DNA of 63,057 bases, the filler included, from Folioceros fuciformis (lineage: Eukaryota): assembly GCA_049999805.1 (NCBI GenBank). It is 7 parts of 7 records of this genome, joined end to end, with 100 filler letters (N's around TTAATTAATTAA, not from the genome) between each part and the next. Parts side by side here need not be neighbours in the genome. Positions count along the whole stretch, not along the records: positions 1 to 12,189 come from JBNGIO010002923.1; positions 12,290 to 21,672 come from JBNGIO010002924.1; 5 more parts are not named here. One strand, 5' to 3'. The notes under the pieces were generated by a model. The model saw only the letters and a program-made list of their open reading frames with translations. It made no database searches and was not told the DNA's origin. Numbering within the stretch: the stretch's first letter is position 1; each line of letters opens with the position of its first letter. The translations under genes were made by a program, and so were the position numbers. Of the stretch, positions 1 to 13,113 are shown piece by piece.

Positions 1-1300
1 CCTGATCACAAGGAATGGGAGAAAGCCATTCAATCAAAATACGATCCTCTAATTGAAATGGCACCTGGGAGATAGCTAGATTTCCTCCTGGCAGAAAATT
101 GGTATCCTGCAAGTGGGTGTTTAAGTTGAAAGAAAAGGCCGATGGTACCTTTGATAGGTATAAAGCCAGGCTCATTGCCAAAGGCTTTTCTTAAATTCCT
201 GGCCTTGATTACTTTGAGACTTTTGCTCCAGTTGTCAAACTTGCTACACTGCGAACAATGTGTGCAATTTTAGCCCACAAAGACTATGAACTGTAGATGT
301 TTGATGTCAAAACAACATTTTTAAATGAGAAGATAGATACAGAAATCTACATGCAGCAACCTCTTGGCTATGAAATTCAAGGCAAGGAGGACTATGCCTG
401 TAAACTTAAAAAATGTTTGTATGGATTCAAATAATCTGCTATGAAATGGAGCGAAGAACTGGATAAAGAACTCCTAGCTTTAGGTTTCACTAAAAGTAAA
501 GCTTATAGTACTTTATACATATACAAAACCAAAGAGGTAATATGCTACTTAGCTGTATATGTTGATGATCTTATACTCTCCAGCTGTATATCGATAAGAT
601 TACTAATATTCTGGCCACAAAATTCAAAATGTCAAACCTTGGCCCACTCTAGAGTTGCCTAGGTATCTATATTCAAAGAAATAGACGAACCAAGGTCATT
701 ACTCTGACTCAACCAAGATACTTACTTGACTGTGCTGAACAATTTGGCCTTTAAGATGCTAAAGTAGTAGCCACATAGCTCCCAAGTGGCTTAAAGCTCA
801 GCAAGAGCATGTCACCTACAACACAAAGTGACAAGGATTAAATGATTAATGTTGCCTACAGACAAGTAGTTGGTAAACTCATTTACGCTGCTAACACAAC
901 CAGACCTGAAGTGGCTTATGCAACTAGTGTCTTGTCACAATATCTTGAAAACCCTGGACAGGGACATTGGAGTTGTGTTAAACGTGTGCTTCGATATCTA
1001 AAGGAAACTGCTAATCGAGGTATTCAGTACTCTTACCAATAAGGAGTTCCTCTTGACTTGAAGGTTTACATAGACTCTAATTACGTCGGGGATCTGGATA
1101 CCAGAAAGTCTGTATCTAGTTATTGTGTTTGTGTGGCTGGAGGACCCATATGCTGGTCCAGTAAGAAGCAGCCAATAGTGGCACTGTCCAGCACTGAGGC
1201 TGAATATCGAGTACTGACAGCAGCTGCCAAGGAAATAGTTTGGTGCAAGCTCCTGCTTTCGGAAATGGGGATTGACATTCCAACTTGCACGACTATACAC
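1..1300 (+). mobile_element. Ty1/Copia RT-RNase H remnant (degenerate, truncated)
   Basis: Copia RT/RNase H motifs in broken frames: CKWVFKLK..DG..DRYKARL, YLAVYVDD, YRQVVGKLIY..TRPE, WSSKKQPIVALSSTEAEY. Many stops and frameshifts. Confidence 0.92.
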
Positions 1301-1304
1301 ACTA

Positions 1305-2490
1305 TCATAAAAAGATTTGCACAGATGTTCCAAACACAGCTTGGATGGAATTGATTTTTGCCATACAATCATCTACAAGAAAAACAATGGGTTGCCGTGT
1401 AGACTGATGTCGTACCATCTTTTCATGCAAATAATACAACCAATGTGAAATAGCATATGATGTGGCCTTACTGGCGACAACCCAAGTCACAAGAATGCCA
1501 GTCATCAAATACCAAAATTGTGAAGAGCTGGAACTTCCATTTTGTTGGTGCCAAATGTGGCATCCATAGCAATGATCGAGTTGTGACCCAAACAGAGCAT
1601 TGTCTGCATTTGAAAATCACTTTTGGATGCCTAGCATGAAGTCTGTGGCATGGTCTTTTGTTCCTAGCAGTGGATAAAATACTTCGGATCTATGAATATC
1701 CATCCATAACGTAACACTCACCATCTCGTGCATGGAAACACCACACCTTGGCATCAACTTCAGCTTGTAAATTCCTAATGTCAGTAGGAAGAGAAAATCA
1801 TCCCTCTGAAGCACTACTTGTGGATCACCTTGCTTTCGTAAGAAAACGTCAAACTCATGATTGTTCATGATTTGAAAGGTTGATGTCTTGCACAAAAACT
1901 TGTACTTCACCCATTGCTTTTTAACCATAGATAAGTAAGGAGTCAGAGTGCAATTTGGACTTGAGTTGATGGTAAGCGCTCCATGATAATACTACCCTTG
2001 GAATTACATCAGGGAACATTTCAAGTTGGCTAACAAACACCAAAAATTGGCATCCACGCTTCTTACTCTCCTTACACATCACCTTAGAGCGCCTATTGCC
2101 AGCACCTATTTTCGGGAACCAAAAGCACAACTGAATTTCATGTAATGGCAAGGAGTGGTTGGAGAGATTGCATTTTGCCTGATGCTTGACTGTGTCCACA
2201 CGTTCAGCCTTACCAACTTCGTTAGAAAGAATTTTGATGCCACGTTCAGCCTTACCAACTTCGTTAGAAAGAATTTTGATGCCTCCTCCCCAGCGATGAA
2301 ATTTGCATATCTTCCCCAGGGAATGTAACAAGTTTTGACAAGACTAACTTTCTTCCTCTGACTGTGTGCACAACATCTTGCCATTCCAGGTTTCCTTTGA
2401 GAAAGGTCTTGGGCAAGGAGTCTGAACAATGAAAGGGCACGTTTGTGGCTGAACTAGAACAGCCGTATTTCTACACCCAACTTCCATCAT
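1305..2490 (-). pseudogene. Decayed MULE-transposase-like / plant SWIM zinc-finger family ORF
   Basis: Minus-strand fragments in order: YIPWGRYANFIAGE; KRGCQF; DFMLGIQ; LGHNSIIAMDATFGTNK; LFTILVFD; VTWVV; FLVDDC. These recall the At1g60560-type motifs IPYARVDEFIIGE, FMLGIQT, GHCSLVAADSTFG, LLVFD and FIIDDA (from memory). Several frameshifts and a ~43-bp tandem duplication at ~2199-2283. Confidence 0.7.
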
Positions 2491-3890
2491 GATCTTTGGA
2501 ATCTAGAGACAACCTGATTGTTCAAGTTCACTCAATCGAAGCACTCAATTGTGCACGCCGCTTGGGTGTGCACGTTGCTTCATACGCAATTCGGAATAGC
2601 AACATGCGCGGGATGCCTTGCATTTGTGGCTTAGAACATTTGAAAGGTAGTTGCGGTGTCTCGTCTTCAAATTTCCGCCCCATAGATGTATACAGCTAGA
2701 ATACAAACAGTTACGGTTACGCTGCAGTGAGATTACAATGATCCGGAACGGCATGCATTACGGCCAGGCACTCTGTTATTAGAGCTCAGATTATGGACAC
2801 GGTGACTTTGCGCTTAGCATGATGCAAACAAAGACATGACCATGTCGACCTGGCGCTTCGGGTTTCGTGCCTTGAATTACTTTATAGTGACGAATAGCGC
2901 CTGGCGAGCTTGGGCACCCCAGTATATACGTACATACTTAGGTACAACATGGTACAAGATTTAAGTACGAAGTTCCATCACAAAAATCCGTCGGCAGTGG
3001 GCTCTAGCATGTGTAGAGCACTTTCTCGTGGAGAGGAACTCCAACTTGGGTCCAACTTCCCAGGGCATGGGCATGGGCATGTGCTAAAAGCTTGGACAGG
3101 CCTCACAGGAAAGCTGCAACTGAAGCAGCAGCATCATGCAGCAAGGCCCTGCTCTGTCCTGCCCAGTTATGTTTGCAGTCAAATCTGTCGTGCTTTGCAG
3201 TCCCATCTATCGTGGCTTGCAGGCACATCTGTGGTGGTTAGGGGACTTTAATAACATTCTTCTTGACATGTACATTACGACAGGCTGGAAGAAGGGGGAG
3301 TGCATCCCATCCCATCACATGGCCAAGGAGGCCGGGGTGGGAACCTCTGTACCACTGAATTGTTTAGTTGTAGAGCCAACACGTGACGAGTCGGCAGACC
3401 CCGTGCTTGATGATCTCTGCCTGCCCTGCACACGCCTCTCTGTTTCTGATTTTTAGGAGGCAGAGGGATCAAAAATGGAGAACACAGAATTTTATAGTTT
3501 ATTCTCAGTTGGGGATAGAAATACAATTGCAGGATCCATGACATCTTCCACCCTGCTTCCGACGAAGCCTCCTCCTTCCCGTGTTTCCCGATTCGGTGCT
3601 GGTATTGGACAGCCACCCTTCTACTAATAGCCAACCAGGCGCATGTTGCGGTGCATGCTTGTTCAGTACAGCATAACAGTTCGGAGTGCCCAATCCGCTG
3701 ACAAAGTTGCAGAGCCTGGGCCCGTTCTCTTGGCTACCCAAATGTACCCGCCACCAGCTCGTGGGAAGGATGTGCGCAAATGAGGCAACCGACTCGTGAA
3801 TCGTAAATCGCGAGTCGCGAATTCTGAATCGTGAACCGTGAATCGTGCGTCGTGATCCGTGATTTGTGTTTCGCAGCTCCTGGTCGTGGA

Positions 3891-6800
3891 ATGGGTCCTG
3901 GTATCGAACAGCCGCGGGCGGATGACGCTCAGGATGGACTGGCCACAGAAATTCTAGTGGGCAGCGGCCGTGTCTCTCGGGAGCTGAGCCGAAGGCGGTC
4001 GCTGGAGCTCAGCCTGGCGGGCAGCCTGAGCAGGGGCGGGTGGACGGTCCCAGACAATGTGTTCTCGCGGGAGTCCGATACCCGTAACGACCAGGACGGG
4101 GCAGGAGACGACGAGCAGGCGCTAACGTGGGCTGCCATCCAAAGGCTGCCCACCTACAGCCGCCTGCGCACGACGGTGCTGGTCACCGCGTCCGAGAGCG
4201 GCCGCAGAACGTTGCACCAGCAGGTGGACGTCACCAAGCTGGGATTCGAGGAGCGCCAGCGCCTCATCGACAAGCTCCTGGCCGTGGCCCATGACGACAA
4301 TGAGGCCTTCCTCAAGAAGCTGCGAGCTCGGATCGACAAGTTACGCCCCCTGCTGCTTGCGTTGCTCAAAATTCCTTCACGCTCAGCCTCGCTCGCCCGC
4401 GCCCAAGAGATGGAGTATCTCTGACACTATGATTCGTTTTGCTGGCATTCCGCTCCTGCTTCTGTTTGCTCAGGGTGGGCGTCAACGTTCCCACGGTGGA
4501 GGTGCGCTACCACAACATGTCCGTGGAGGGAGACACCTTCGTCGGGGACCGCAACCTGCCCACGCTTTTCAATACCGCGCGCACCATCCTCGAGTCTGCG
4601 CTATCGGCAGTCGGAATCCCCATCACGAGGAAAGTAGTGCATCCTATTCTCAAAGACGTGAGCGGAATTGTGGAGCCCGGCAGGTGGGTCACCATCACTG
4701 GAGCGATGTCGCTAAGGCGTCCTGCAATTTCCCATCCTCACCGCCCGGACCTCCGTGGCTTGTGTCTCATCTCGCCAGAATGACTCTGCTACTCGGCCCA
4801 CCTGCTTCTGGGAAGACGACGTTGCTGCTTGCCCTCGCCGGAAGACTGTCCTCCGACTTACGGGTACTAAATCAGTTACTTGCTTGCGTCTTCATTCAAC
4901 TTCGCTGCCTTGTCACATATCCCGTCATCAACTGCTGTTTTTCAAACATCTTCTGTAATTCAGGTGAAAGGGAAGGTGACGTACAACGGAAAGGACTTCA
5001 CTCACTTCGTTCCTCAAAAGACCTCAGCTTACATAGGCCAGACCGACCTCCATACGCCAGAGATGACAGTACGAGAAACTCTCGACTTCTCGGCCTGGTG
5101 TCAAGGCGTTGGGACTAGATATGGTGAGATTCAGCTTGTCAAAGCTCATCCCGGAACTGCTCAATTTCAGTGTGCTCAATTTCCTGGAGCTAATAAAGCT
5201 GGGTCCTGCAACTTCACCTTGAAAATGTCTTCGGACGACAGAGATGCTTTCGGAGCTGATCCGAAGGGAAAAGGAAGCTGGCATTTTACCTGAGGCAGAC
5301 ATTGACATGTACATGAAGGTCAGTCCTGGAGGATTCGTACCGCTTCAGAATCTGTTCACTTTCAACCTGATGTAGCTTCCATCCCATGAATCTTGTATTG
5401 TTAGTCCCAGAAATCTGGAAATGTATCCCTGTCCGACTGCTTACAGATCTGTGAAATTAGCTGATCCGATCGGTAATCCGTTTTACAGGCCACCGCAATC
5501 GAAGGAGTGAAAAGCAGTCTTGTCACCGACTACACATTGAAGGTGAGCACTACTGCTTTCATTACACGATGGCTCAGGCGGCAAAGTGTTCGAATTCACA
5601 AGTGCTTTCGTTGTTGCGCGGCTAGCCTACGATCTTTCTCTGAGCACGAGCAATATCACGAGTCATTTGTCCTGGCAGATTCTGGGACTCGATATCTGTG
5701 CAGATATCATGGTAGGAGACAATATGAAGAGAGGTATCTCGGGGGGGCAGAAGAAACGAGTGACTACGGGTAAAGGATTCCTGCTGAGTATCCTGACAAG
5801 CCTAAGGCGTGGTGCATGGATCATAGGAGTCTGTTCATCGATTCCACTAACAAATCAACTTCTTGAAATGTCCAGGCGAAATGATCGTCGGTCCTACCAA
5901 AACTTTGTTCATGGACGAAATTTCGAATGGTCTGGACAGCTCAACAACCTTTCACATCGTGAGAAACCTTCGTCAATTTGTACATGTGCTCGACAGCACC
6001 ATGGTTATCTCGCTGCTGCAGCCAGCCCCAGAGACTTACGCCCTGTTCGACGATATCATCCTTCTCTCAGAGGGCCAGATTGTATATCAGGGTCCTTGTG
6101 AACATGTTTTACCTTTTTTCGAGGATTGTGGCTTCAGGTGTCCTGAGAGGAAGGGTACTGCCGACTTCTTGCAAGAGGTAAGAGCCTGGAGATAAGAGCG
6201 CTTAGACTTGTTGAACTGTATGTGGCATGGAAACAGTCCAGGTTCTGTCACCAGGGCCGTCCTTCTCAACTCTTGTGCATTCATGACTGGCAGGTGATGT
6301 CGAAGAAAGACCAATATCAGTACTGGTATGACGAGCAGCGGCCCTATCAGTATGTGACACTCACAGATTTTGCAAACAAGTTCAAAGAATTCCACGTGGG
6401 GAAACAATTAGCAGCGCGGCTGGGGACCGATTTTGACAAAGCAGATAGTCACCCGGCTGCCCTTGCTTCCGATCACTATAGCATCTCTAAAGTGGGGCTT
6501 CTGAAAGCAAACTGGGAGAGGGAATGGCTCCTTATGAAACGAAACGTCCTGGTGTACAGGGTCAAGGCCACCCAAGTAGGAACTCATGTACCTCAATTCA
6601 ATGGCTCTTGATGAGACAGCTGGTTTTTACATCATCTCAGACAGTTAACATCTTGTTTGGATGGCAGTTAGGAATCATAGCTGTAGTTGCTGGAACGGTC
6701 TTCTTGAGGACTCGCCTGCACTATGACAACGCAAATCACGGCCAAACATACTTAACAGCCTTGTTCTACGGCCAGTTGGTGATCATGTTCAATGGGTTTG

Positions 6801-9800
6801 CCGAGCTTGGCCTTACCATAGCAAGACTGCCTGTGTTCTTCAAGCAGCGTGACCTGCAACTGTACCCCGCTTGGGCGTATGCGATTCCGGCCATAGTACT
6901 GAGGATCCCCATATCCTTCTTTGAGTCATTTGTCTTCACGGCAATCACCTACTTCATTATAGGCTATGCACCTGAAGCTAACAGGTACTTGTCGTTGCAT
7001 TCTTTTGCGGGATTCTCATTCTCCTCATGTGTTTAAGCGGTAGCTCTTAACGAGTCCAAATTTTGGGACATCTGTACAGGTTTTTCAGACAGTTTCTCAT
7101 CTATTTCTTGGAACATCTGACATCAGCAGCAATATTTCGTGCAATAGCTGCTCTTTCTCGAAGTATGGTTGTTGCTAGTACTGCAGGCTCTGGGGCCTTA
7201 CTGATCGCTCTTGTTTGCGGAGGATTCCTCATTCCCCGACGTATGTTCCTAGTACTTTCTACAGTGATTCATGAATTCTGTAGGAGATGTTCCTGTAGAG
7301 GAGGTTGGCGCTTCTACATCGATTGCTTACTTACCCTTCGGACTCCATGTGTATGTGTGTCCTACATGTCGCACAGCCAATATACCTCACTGGTGGATTT
7401 GGGCATACTGGGCTTCCCCTCTTTCTTACGTCCAGATTGCTCTTTCGGTCAATGAGATGCTGGCGCCAAGATGGATGTCGAGATTCGTCACAACCGTGTG
7501 TTCTTGGCTGTTTCACATTTACCCGAGTGATCAAGCTAGTCTGACCGCAAGCATGGTGTGAGTGTGATGCATATGGTTGTCGCAGCTGACAGTGCAGTGT
7601 CGTCTTCAAACTAGGATTCTGGAGAGACGAAGCCCCTTGGAGTATATTTGCTGGAAAGTCGTGGGCTGTTCTTTGAAGAGCACTGGTACTGGATCGCAGT
7701 TGGTGCTATTATTGGTTTCATCATCTTGCTGAACGTTGTTTATGTCCTTGCCCTCACCTATCTGAATCGTAAGTGTGATTCCTTCCAAAAATGGAAAGTG
7801 AGTTCGTTGCCAGCTGCAAATGTTGTCACGGATTTCGTCGTGTGCTCCTCGACCTGCTTCTGAATTTCTGTCATTCGTCAGCAGCAATCAGCAATCCGCA
7901 GTCTATAACATCGAAGGAAGGAAATGGAGAGACGGAGTTGTCCTCCAAGGCTGGAAATGCAGCTGGTACTTTTTCTGGTCCTGCAATAAGCTTGTCTCGT
8001 CCCTGTTTTTGGTTGAGCACTGTCAGTGAATCCTGGTCACCAAACATGTGTTCCAGGGAAGCTTTCTGGGAAGTCTGTGGAGATGGTAGTATCGAAGTCC
8101 AATGGCGGAGATGCTATGGTGCAGGCTGCTGCGATCGCATCGAAAAAAGGAATGATCTTGCCTTTCATTCCATTGGGTTTATCGTTCGACAATGTTGGCT
8201 ACTCTGTAGACATGCCGGTGGTATGTTCCGTCTGCGATGCCTGAACCCGATTTGCGTGCATGCACGAATGTTTGTGCCTGCACACCTGCTGGATGACGGA
8301 GTTTGGAGACAGATAGCTCACCCCCCTTTCTCGGCGTGCCTGCAGGAAATGAAGGCACAGGGCTTTGAGCAGGACAGACTACAGCTTCTTCGCAACGTGT
8401 CAGGGGCGTTCAGGCCCGGCATTCTGACAGCGCTGGTTGGAGTGAGTGGAGCTGGGAAGACCACTCTAATGGATGTCCTGGCAGGAAGGAAAACAGGGGG
8501 ATATGTTGAAGGAGACATCCGCATATCAGGATTCCCGAAGAAGCAGGAAACGTTCGCCCGGATATCCGGATATTGTGAGCAAAATGATATCCATTCTCCG
8601 CAAGTTACAGTTTATGAATCACTGCTCTTCTCCGCCTGGCTTCGACTTTCTCATGACGTTCCCCAAGAAACTAAACTGGTGCGTTGCAAGCATCTTCACT
8701 TGACGCCGCCACCCGTTATCTCGTGTGGCGGCGTCAAATTCCTGAAATGTTCCTGCATCCTGTCAGTTTGTTGCCGCGTCGTGTCATCCAGAAATGCTAC
8801 AAGTAGGCGTGCCATTTGTTTCTGTTGAGTACTAGGTTTGTTCCTGTCTCAGAGTACAGAGTAACGATTTGGTGGGTAAATTCTGAATCCGTTCAGGTGT
8901 TTGTGGAGGAGGTCATGGAGCTCGTGGAACTCACGCCATTGCGAAATGCACTGGTGGGTCTCCCCGGAGTGTCTGGGTTATCGACGGAGCAGAGAAAAAG
9001 GCTGACGATTGCAGTGGAGCTTGTAGCAAATCCGTCCATCATCTTCATGGATGAGCCCACATCTGGTTTGGATGCCAGAGCAGCAGCTATAGTGATGCGG
9101 GCTGTCCGTAACACAGTGGACACTGGAAGGACTGTAGTTTGCACCATCCACCAACCCAGCATCGATATTTTCGAATCATTTGATGAGGTAGAGTACTGTC
9201 TCCCAATTAACTTTGTCCGCCTATCCACATTTACATGCGCGGCGTGTGAAGGAGGAAGTGATCAGTGCGCTGTGTTGTCTGACGGAGTAACGGTGTAACT
9301 TTATGCTTGCAGCTAATGCTCTTGAAGCGTGGGGGTCAAGTGATATATGCAGGGCCACTGGGACGACATTCCAATAAGCTCATCGAGTACTTTGAAGTAG
9401 GTGTTGACCAGTAATTCTTGTGATGTGTACTGTTCTGATGTTTGGGGTGCATGCTGAGGACCATATCGAATCCTCAAATTTGTACCTGCTCAGGCTGTTC
9501 CAGGAGTGCCGAAAATGAAGGAAGGAATGAATCCCTCTACGTGGATGCTGGAAATCACGTCAACTGCTTCTGAGAGTCGACTAGGAGTGGACTTTGCTGA
9601 GATCTATGCAAACTCATCACTCCACCAGTAAGCTGTTAGACCTGCAGCTTAAAGGGGACTGCGTTGATCTGCGTTGGAGTATGTGCCATGCGTGTGATGT
9701 TGAGCCTTAGGTAGATATTGAAGTGCAGAGTGTTGGTGCTGCAGGCAAAACAAGGCTTTAATCAAGGAATTGAGCGTGACTGCCGAAGGTGCCCAGGATC

Positions 9801-11010
9801 TTCATTTTCCCACCGAGTACAGTCAGTCATTCCTGGTGCAGTTGCATGCCTGCCTGTGGAAGCAGATGTGGTCATACTGGCGCAGCCCTGGATACAATCT
9901 GGTGCGATTTAGTTTCACAACGTTTGCATCACTGGTGCTGGGCTCGTTATTCTGGAGAGCCGGGCGATCGATGTAAGCTTGCTAACCGTGTCAAGTGAGG
10001 GCTAGGTGTGGATGCTTCAAATTTCGTACTAATCCATAGGTGAGGAAAAACGAAGAGCGCGAGAAGACAGGGGAAGATGCATGTCTGACGAAGGTGCTTG
10101 TTGGATCCTGTAGAGAAACACAGCAGGACCTTTACAACGTCATGGGTTCCATGTACGGTGGCACAATGTTCATGGGGATCAACAATGCTATGAGTGTGCA
10201 GCCCGCAGTTTCAGTGGAGCGCACAGTGTTCTACCGTGAACGCGGCGCTGGGCTCTACTCTCCCATGGCTTACGCTCTCTCCCAGGTACGGCACGTCATG
10301 TTGCTCATGAGCATCGTGACGGGAGTCAGTGGAGTTGGGAGAAGTAACGGTGTTCTGGCTTCTTCCCTCCCTTCACCAGGTGATCGTCGAAATCCCGTAC
10401 GTACTATTCCAAACAGTGGTGCATGTTCTGATAGCCTACGCCTTGATCGGGTACGAGTGGGATCCAGCCAAGTTCTTCTGGTACTTCTACATCGCCTTCT
10501 GCACCTTCCTGTACTTCACATTATACGGGATGACGGCGGTGGCGGTCACTCCAAACCTTCAACTGTCCAGCATACTTTCCTCTGCCTTCTACTTCATCTT
10601 CAACCTCTTCTCAGGCTTCATCATCCCCAGACCGGTGAGTTACTGTATCTGCTGGGACGCAAGCGTTTCAAAGTGCTGGGAAGGAAGGATGACTCGACAC
10701 TAACCATGGCCAAATTGTCATTCCTTTCCACACGCAGCGTATCCCCCCGTGGTGGATCTGGGCGTACTGGATCTGCCCAGTAGGGTGGACCGTGGCGGGA
10801 CTGTTGACGTCGCAGTACGCAGACGTGGAGTCCCAAATCTCTTTGATTGGAGAGTCGCAGTCGATGACAGTGAAGCAGTTCCTGAAATCCAACTTCGGGT
10901 TCACAACTTCGTTACTGCCGGCCGTGGGCGTGGTCATCGCCGTCTTCCCCCTCCTGTTTGGTGCCCTCTTCGTGTACTGCACCAAAAAGCTGAACTTCCA
11001 ACGCCGATAA
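3891..11010 (+). CDS. Full-size ABCG (pleiotropic drug resistance, PDR) ABC transporter, ~23 coding exons
   Basis: PDR N-terminal motif [24 protein letters not shown]1: [39 protein letters not shown]2: [56 protein letters not shown]. Two TMDs; C-terminus KKLNFQRR*. Approximate GT-AG exons: 3891-4339, 4474-4683, 4779-4863, 4964-5123, 5242-5318, 5489-5542, 5679-5769, 5877-6177, 6294-6575, 6668-6984, 7080-7240, 7377-~7495, ~7596-7768, ~7885-7966, 8058-8220, 8346-8678, 8897-9187, 9313-9396, 9494-9627, 9745-9972, 10114-10285, 10380-10634, 10738-11010. The start is uncertain because an acceptor-like site at ~3876 could indicate an upstream exon. Confidence 0.96.
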
Positions 11011-12189
11011 GGCGCCACACCAGACACTTTCGTCTGCGCACTGCATTAGCTCATTCATTACTCTGGAATCATAAGTCACGCAAGACCTTGAACAACGAAC
11101 GCCCGTCCGAACGTTTCGTGCGCTCAGCCAGAAGCTTCATCGCCGAGAACCAGTCCACCGGACTCAGAATACACAGCCGCCCTCAGAGCCCGAGCAGCGT
11201 TTGAAGAGGGCCCCAACTCCCCGCGTGAGACGAGATCCTCGGCATGCGCAGAAGCATTTGTTTCCTGCTGGCTTATGACCTTGACTTGGCAGCACGCAGC
11301 ATCCGCTGTTCCAATGACCTCAAGCTCAAGATAGAATGGGCCAGTTCGAAGCTGCTAGCCCTTTCCTGTCCTGGACGGAAAGCAGCCATTTGGTGGCCGA
11401 GTGTGAACCCTCGAGGAAGGCAGGACTCACCTGCCCCCAGCGTCGACTGGGTCCATTCGCAACAGGAGAGTTTGACGAACGGCAGACCCTGGGACGAGGC
11501 GCGGCGTGGCGGGGCGGGCCCCTAACATTCCATTCCCTCTGTTGCCTTTTATCGGGAACCGGGAGGCGGCGACCGGCGACCAGCAGCATATCAGTCCGCA
11601 GGAACCGTTGACTGTGGCATAATGCAGTTAATGCGCATGTACGTATAGGACGTATAACAGATGTATGTATGTACATAAATAGTGTTGGTCGTAGGTAGGT
11701 AGGAGGCTGACTGGGAGCCCAGACGGTGGAGCCCACAGGACAGATAAACTCGGTACATATGTGTGGCTTTGCCTGGGTCCGTCGTCAGCCGGCTTTTTTT
11801 GAAGCGTTTTGAAGAGCCCACAAGCTCCATGCCCTGACTGATGACCTGACTCCGTCCCGGATTCAGGCACACCCTTTGCTTAAAATATCCCAGAGATCTT
11901 TATACCAACATGAAATTGGCCACGCAAGTTGCCTGGAAGGGACAAAATGGGGTCCCAAAATCAGCGAATAAGGTTATATTTGGCTTCCATCTCGGGATGT
12001 TAAAACTCTTCGTGAGCTGGCCGGTTCAAGTCTTCGGGAAGAGCAACTGTAAAACCATGTCCCTCGCGGAGCCTAGGCGGCCTGCACGTTGAGGCCATAG
12101 CATCCCCCCGGGGTGAGAGGCAAAGGTCGGGTGGGGGCCAGACACGCTCTGCCGGGAGAGCGCCTTTCCGGCTCGCCTTGATCCACCGC

Positions 12190-12289
12190 NNNNNNNNNNN
12201 NNNNNNNNNNNNNNNNNNNNNNNNNNNNNNNNNTTAATTAATTAANNNNNNNNNNNNNNNNNNNNNNNNNNNNNNNNNNNNNNNNNNNN
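12190..12289. other. Artificial scaffold gap linker (N-run + TTAATTAATTAA + N-run); identical linkers at 21673-21772, 28753-28852, 39229-39328, 43111-43210, 61018-61117
   Basis: Six identical 100-nt spacers carrying stop codons in all frames. Confidence 0.98.
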
Positions 12290-12957
12290 CAACCTCACCT
12301 CAGCCAACATGCAAGGTGGTCAGCCATTGCGGATCCGGCCACACGAATCTTGGCAGTCTTAGGATCCTCCACGTTCCCCTAGTGGCAAGGGAAATCAGGA
12401 CCTTGGTTTAGTCTCCACCAACTCAGCGCCCTAAGCCAGGAGTTCTGCACCCAAGGTCCAGGGAAATCACACCGTAGACAGCCCCCTCCTCAATGGCAGG
12501 TCTAGCCTCTTATACTACCTTGGCCCAAACCTCCATCTCTATTTATTAGGGTTAGCCTCAGTCAACCACTCAGCAATCTCTCTCTGACCTAAGCTGCCCC
12601 TAATTCTGACCTAAACCTAACTCTGACCTAACCCTAACTTTGACCCAAACCTAGTTCTGACCTAATAGGGGTTGTGTCCCATGGACACCATTGGGTGCCC
12701 TTACCAAAATTAACCAACCTCTCAAGACTACCAAAATGGTCAGTGCCTCTCAACACTCTCCCTCCTCTTTCAAATCATTCCATCCCTTTTCTCAGATCAT
12801 TCCAGCAACCCTTCAAAGATGCGTCTCACCTCACCATTAATCTAGCTACTAATCTAGCCTAATCTTTTAACCATTTCACCATAGGGTTCACTTAGAGATT
12901 CCCAAAAAGAGAAATCCTACCATTTTCCAAGGACCTATTCAGCATGTGGAGTCCACA
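12290..12957 (+). mobile_element. Family-A LTR, right part (left part lost in gap)
   Basis: Near-identical to ~26471-27138. Ends ...CATGTGGAGTCCACA and abuts the gag N-terminal sequence of Copia element 2. Confidence 0.9.
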
Positions 12958-13113
12958 GATGGCTTGTAGGGTTTGAGAAGCAAGGGTAGATTGAGCAAAA
13001 CGTGCTGACCATGAAGCCTAGGCTGCTGCAGCTACTTGAGCTAATTGTGCTAATTGTGCATTTAAAATAGACTTATTAGTTGGACGAAAAGTGGAATTAG
13101 TTTGAGATGACTC

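Noticed and set aside
3136-3741. Short Cys/Pro-containing ORFs upstream of the PDR gene (possible small peptide or divergent gene)
   Set aside because: No recognisable domain, signal peptide or convincing exon structure.
5905-5945. [12 protein letters not shown] instead of the commoner MDEISTGLDSST in PDR NBD1
   Set aside because: A variant I recall from other plant PDRs; not evidence of unusual function.
3929-11027. Numerous antisense and alternate-frame ORFs over the PDR gene and TE pol regions
   Set aside because: Shadows of real coding frames with no independent motifs.
11244-12189. ORFs and GC-rich sequence downstream of the PDR gene
   Set aside because: No identifiable homology or termini, and the region is truncated by a gap.
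12190-12289. Recurrent TTAATTAATTAA motif inside N-runs (six times)
   Set aside because: Artificial contig linker with stops in all frames, not biology.
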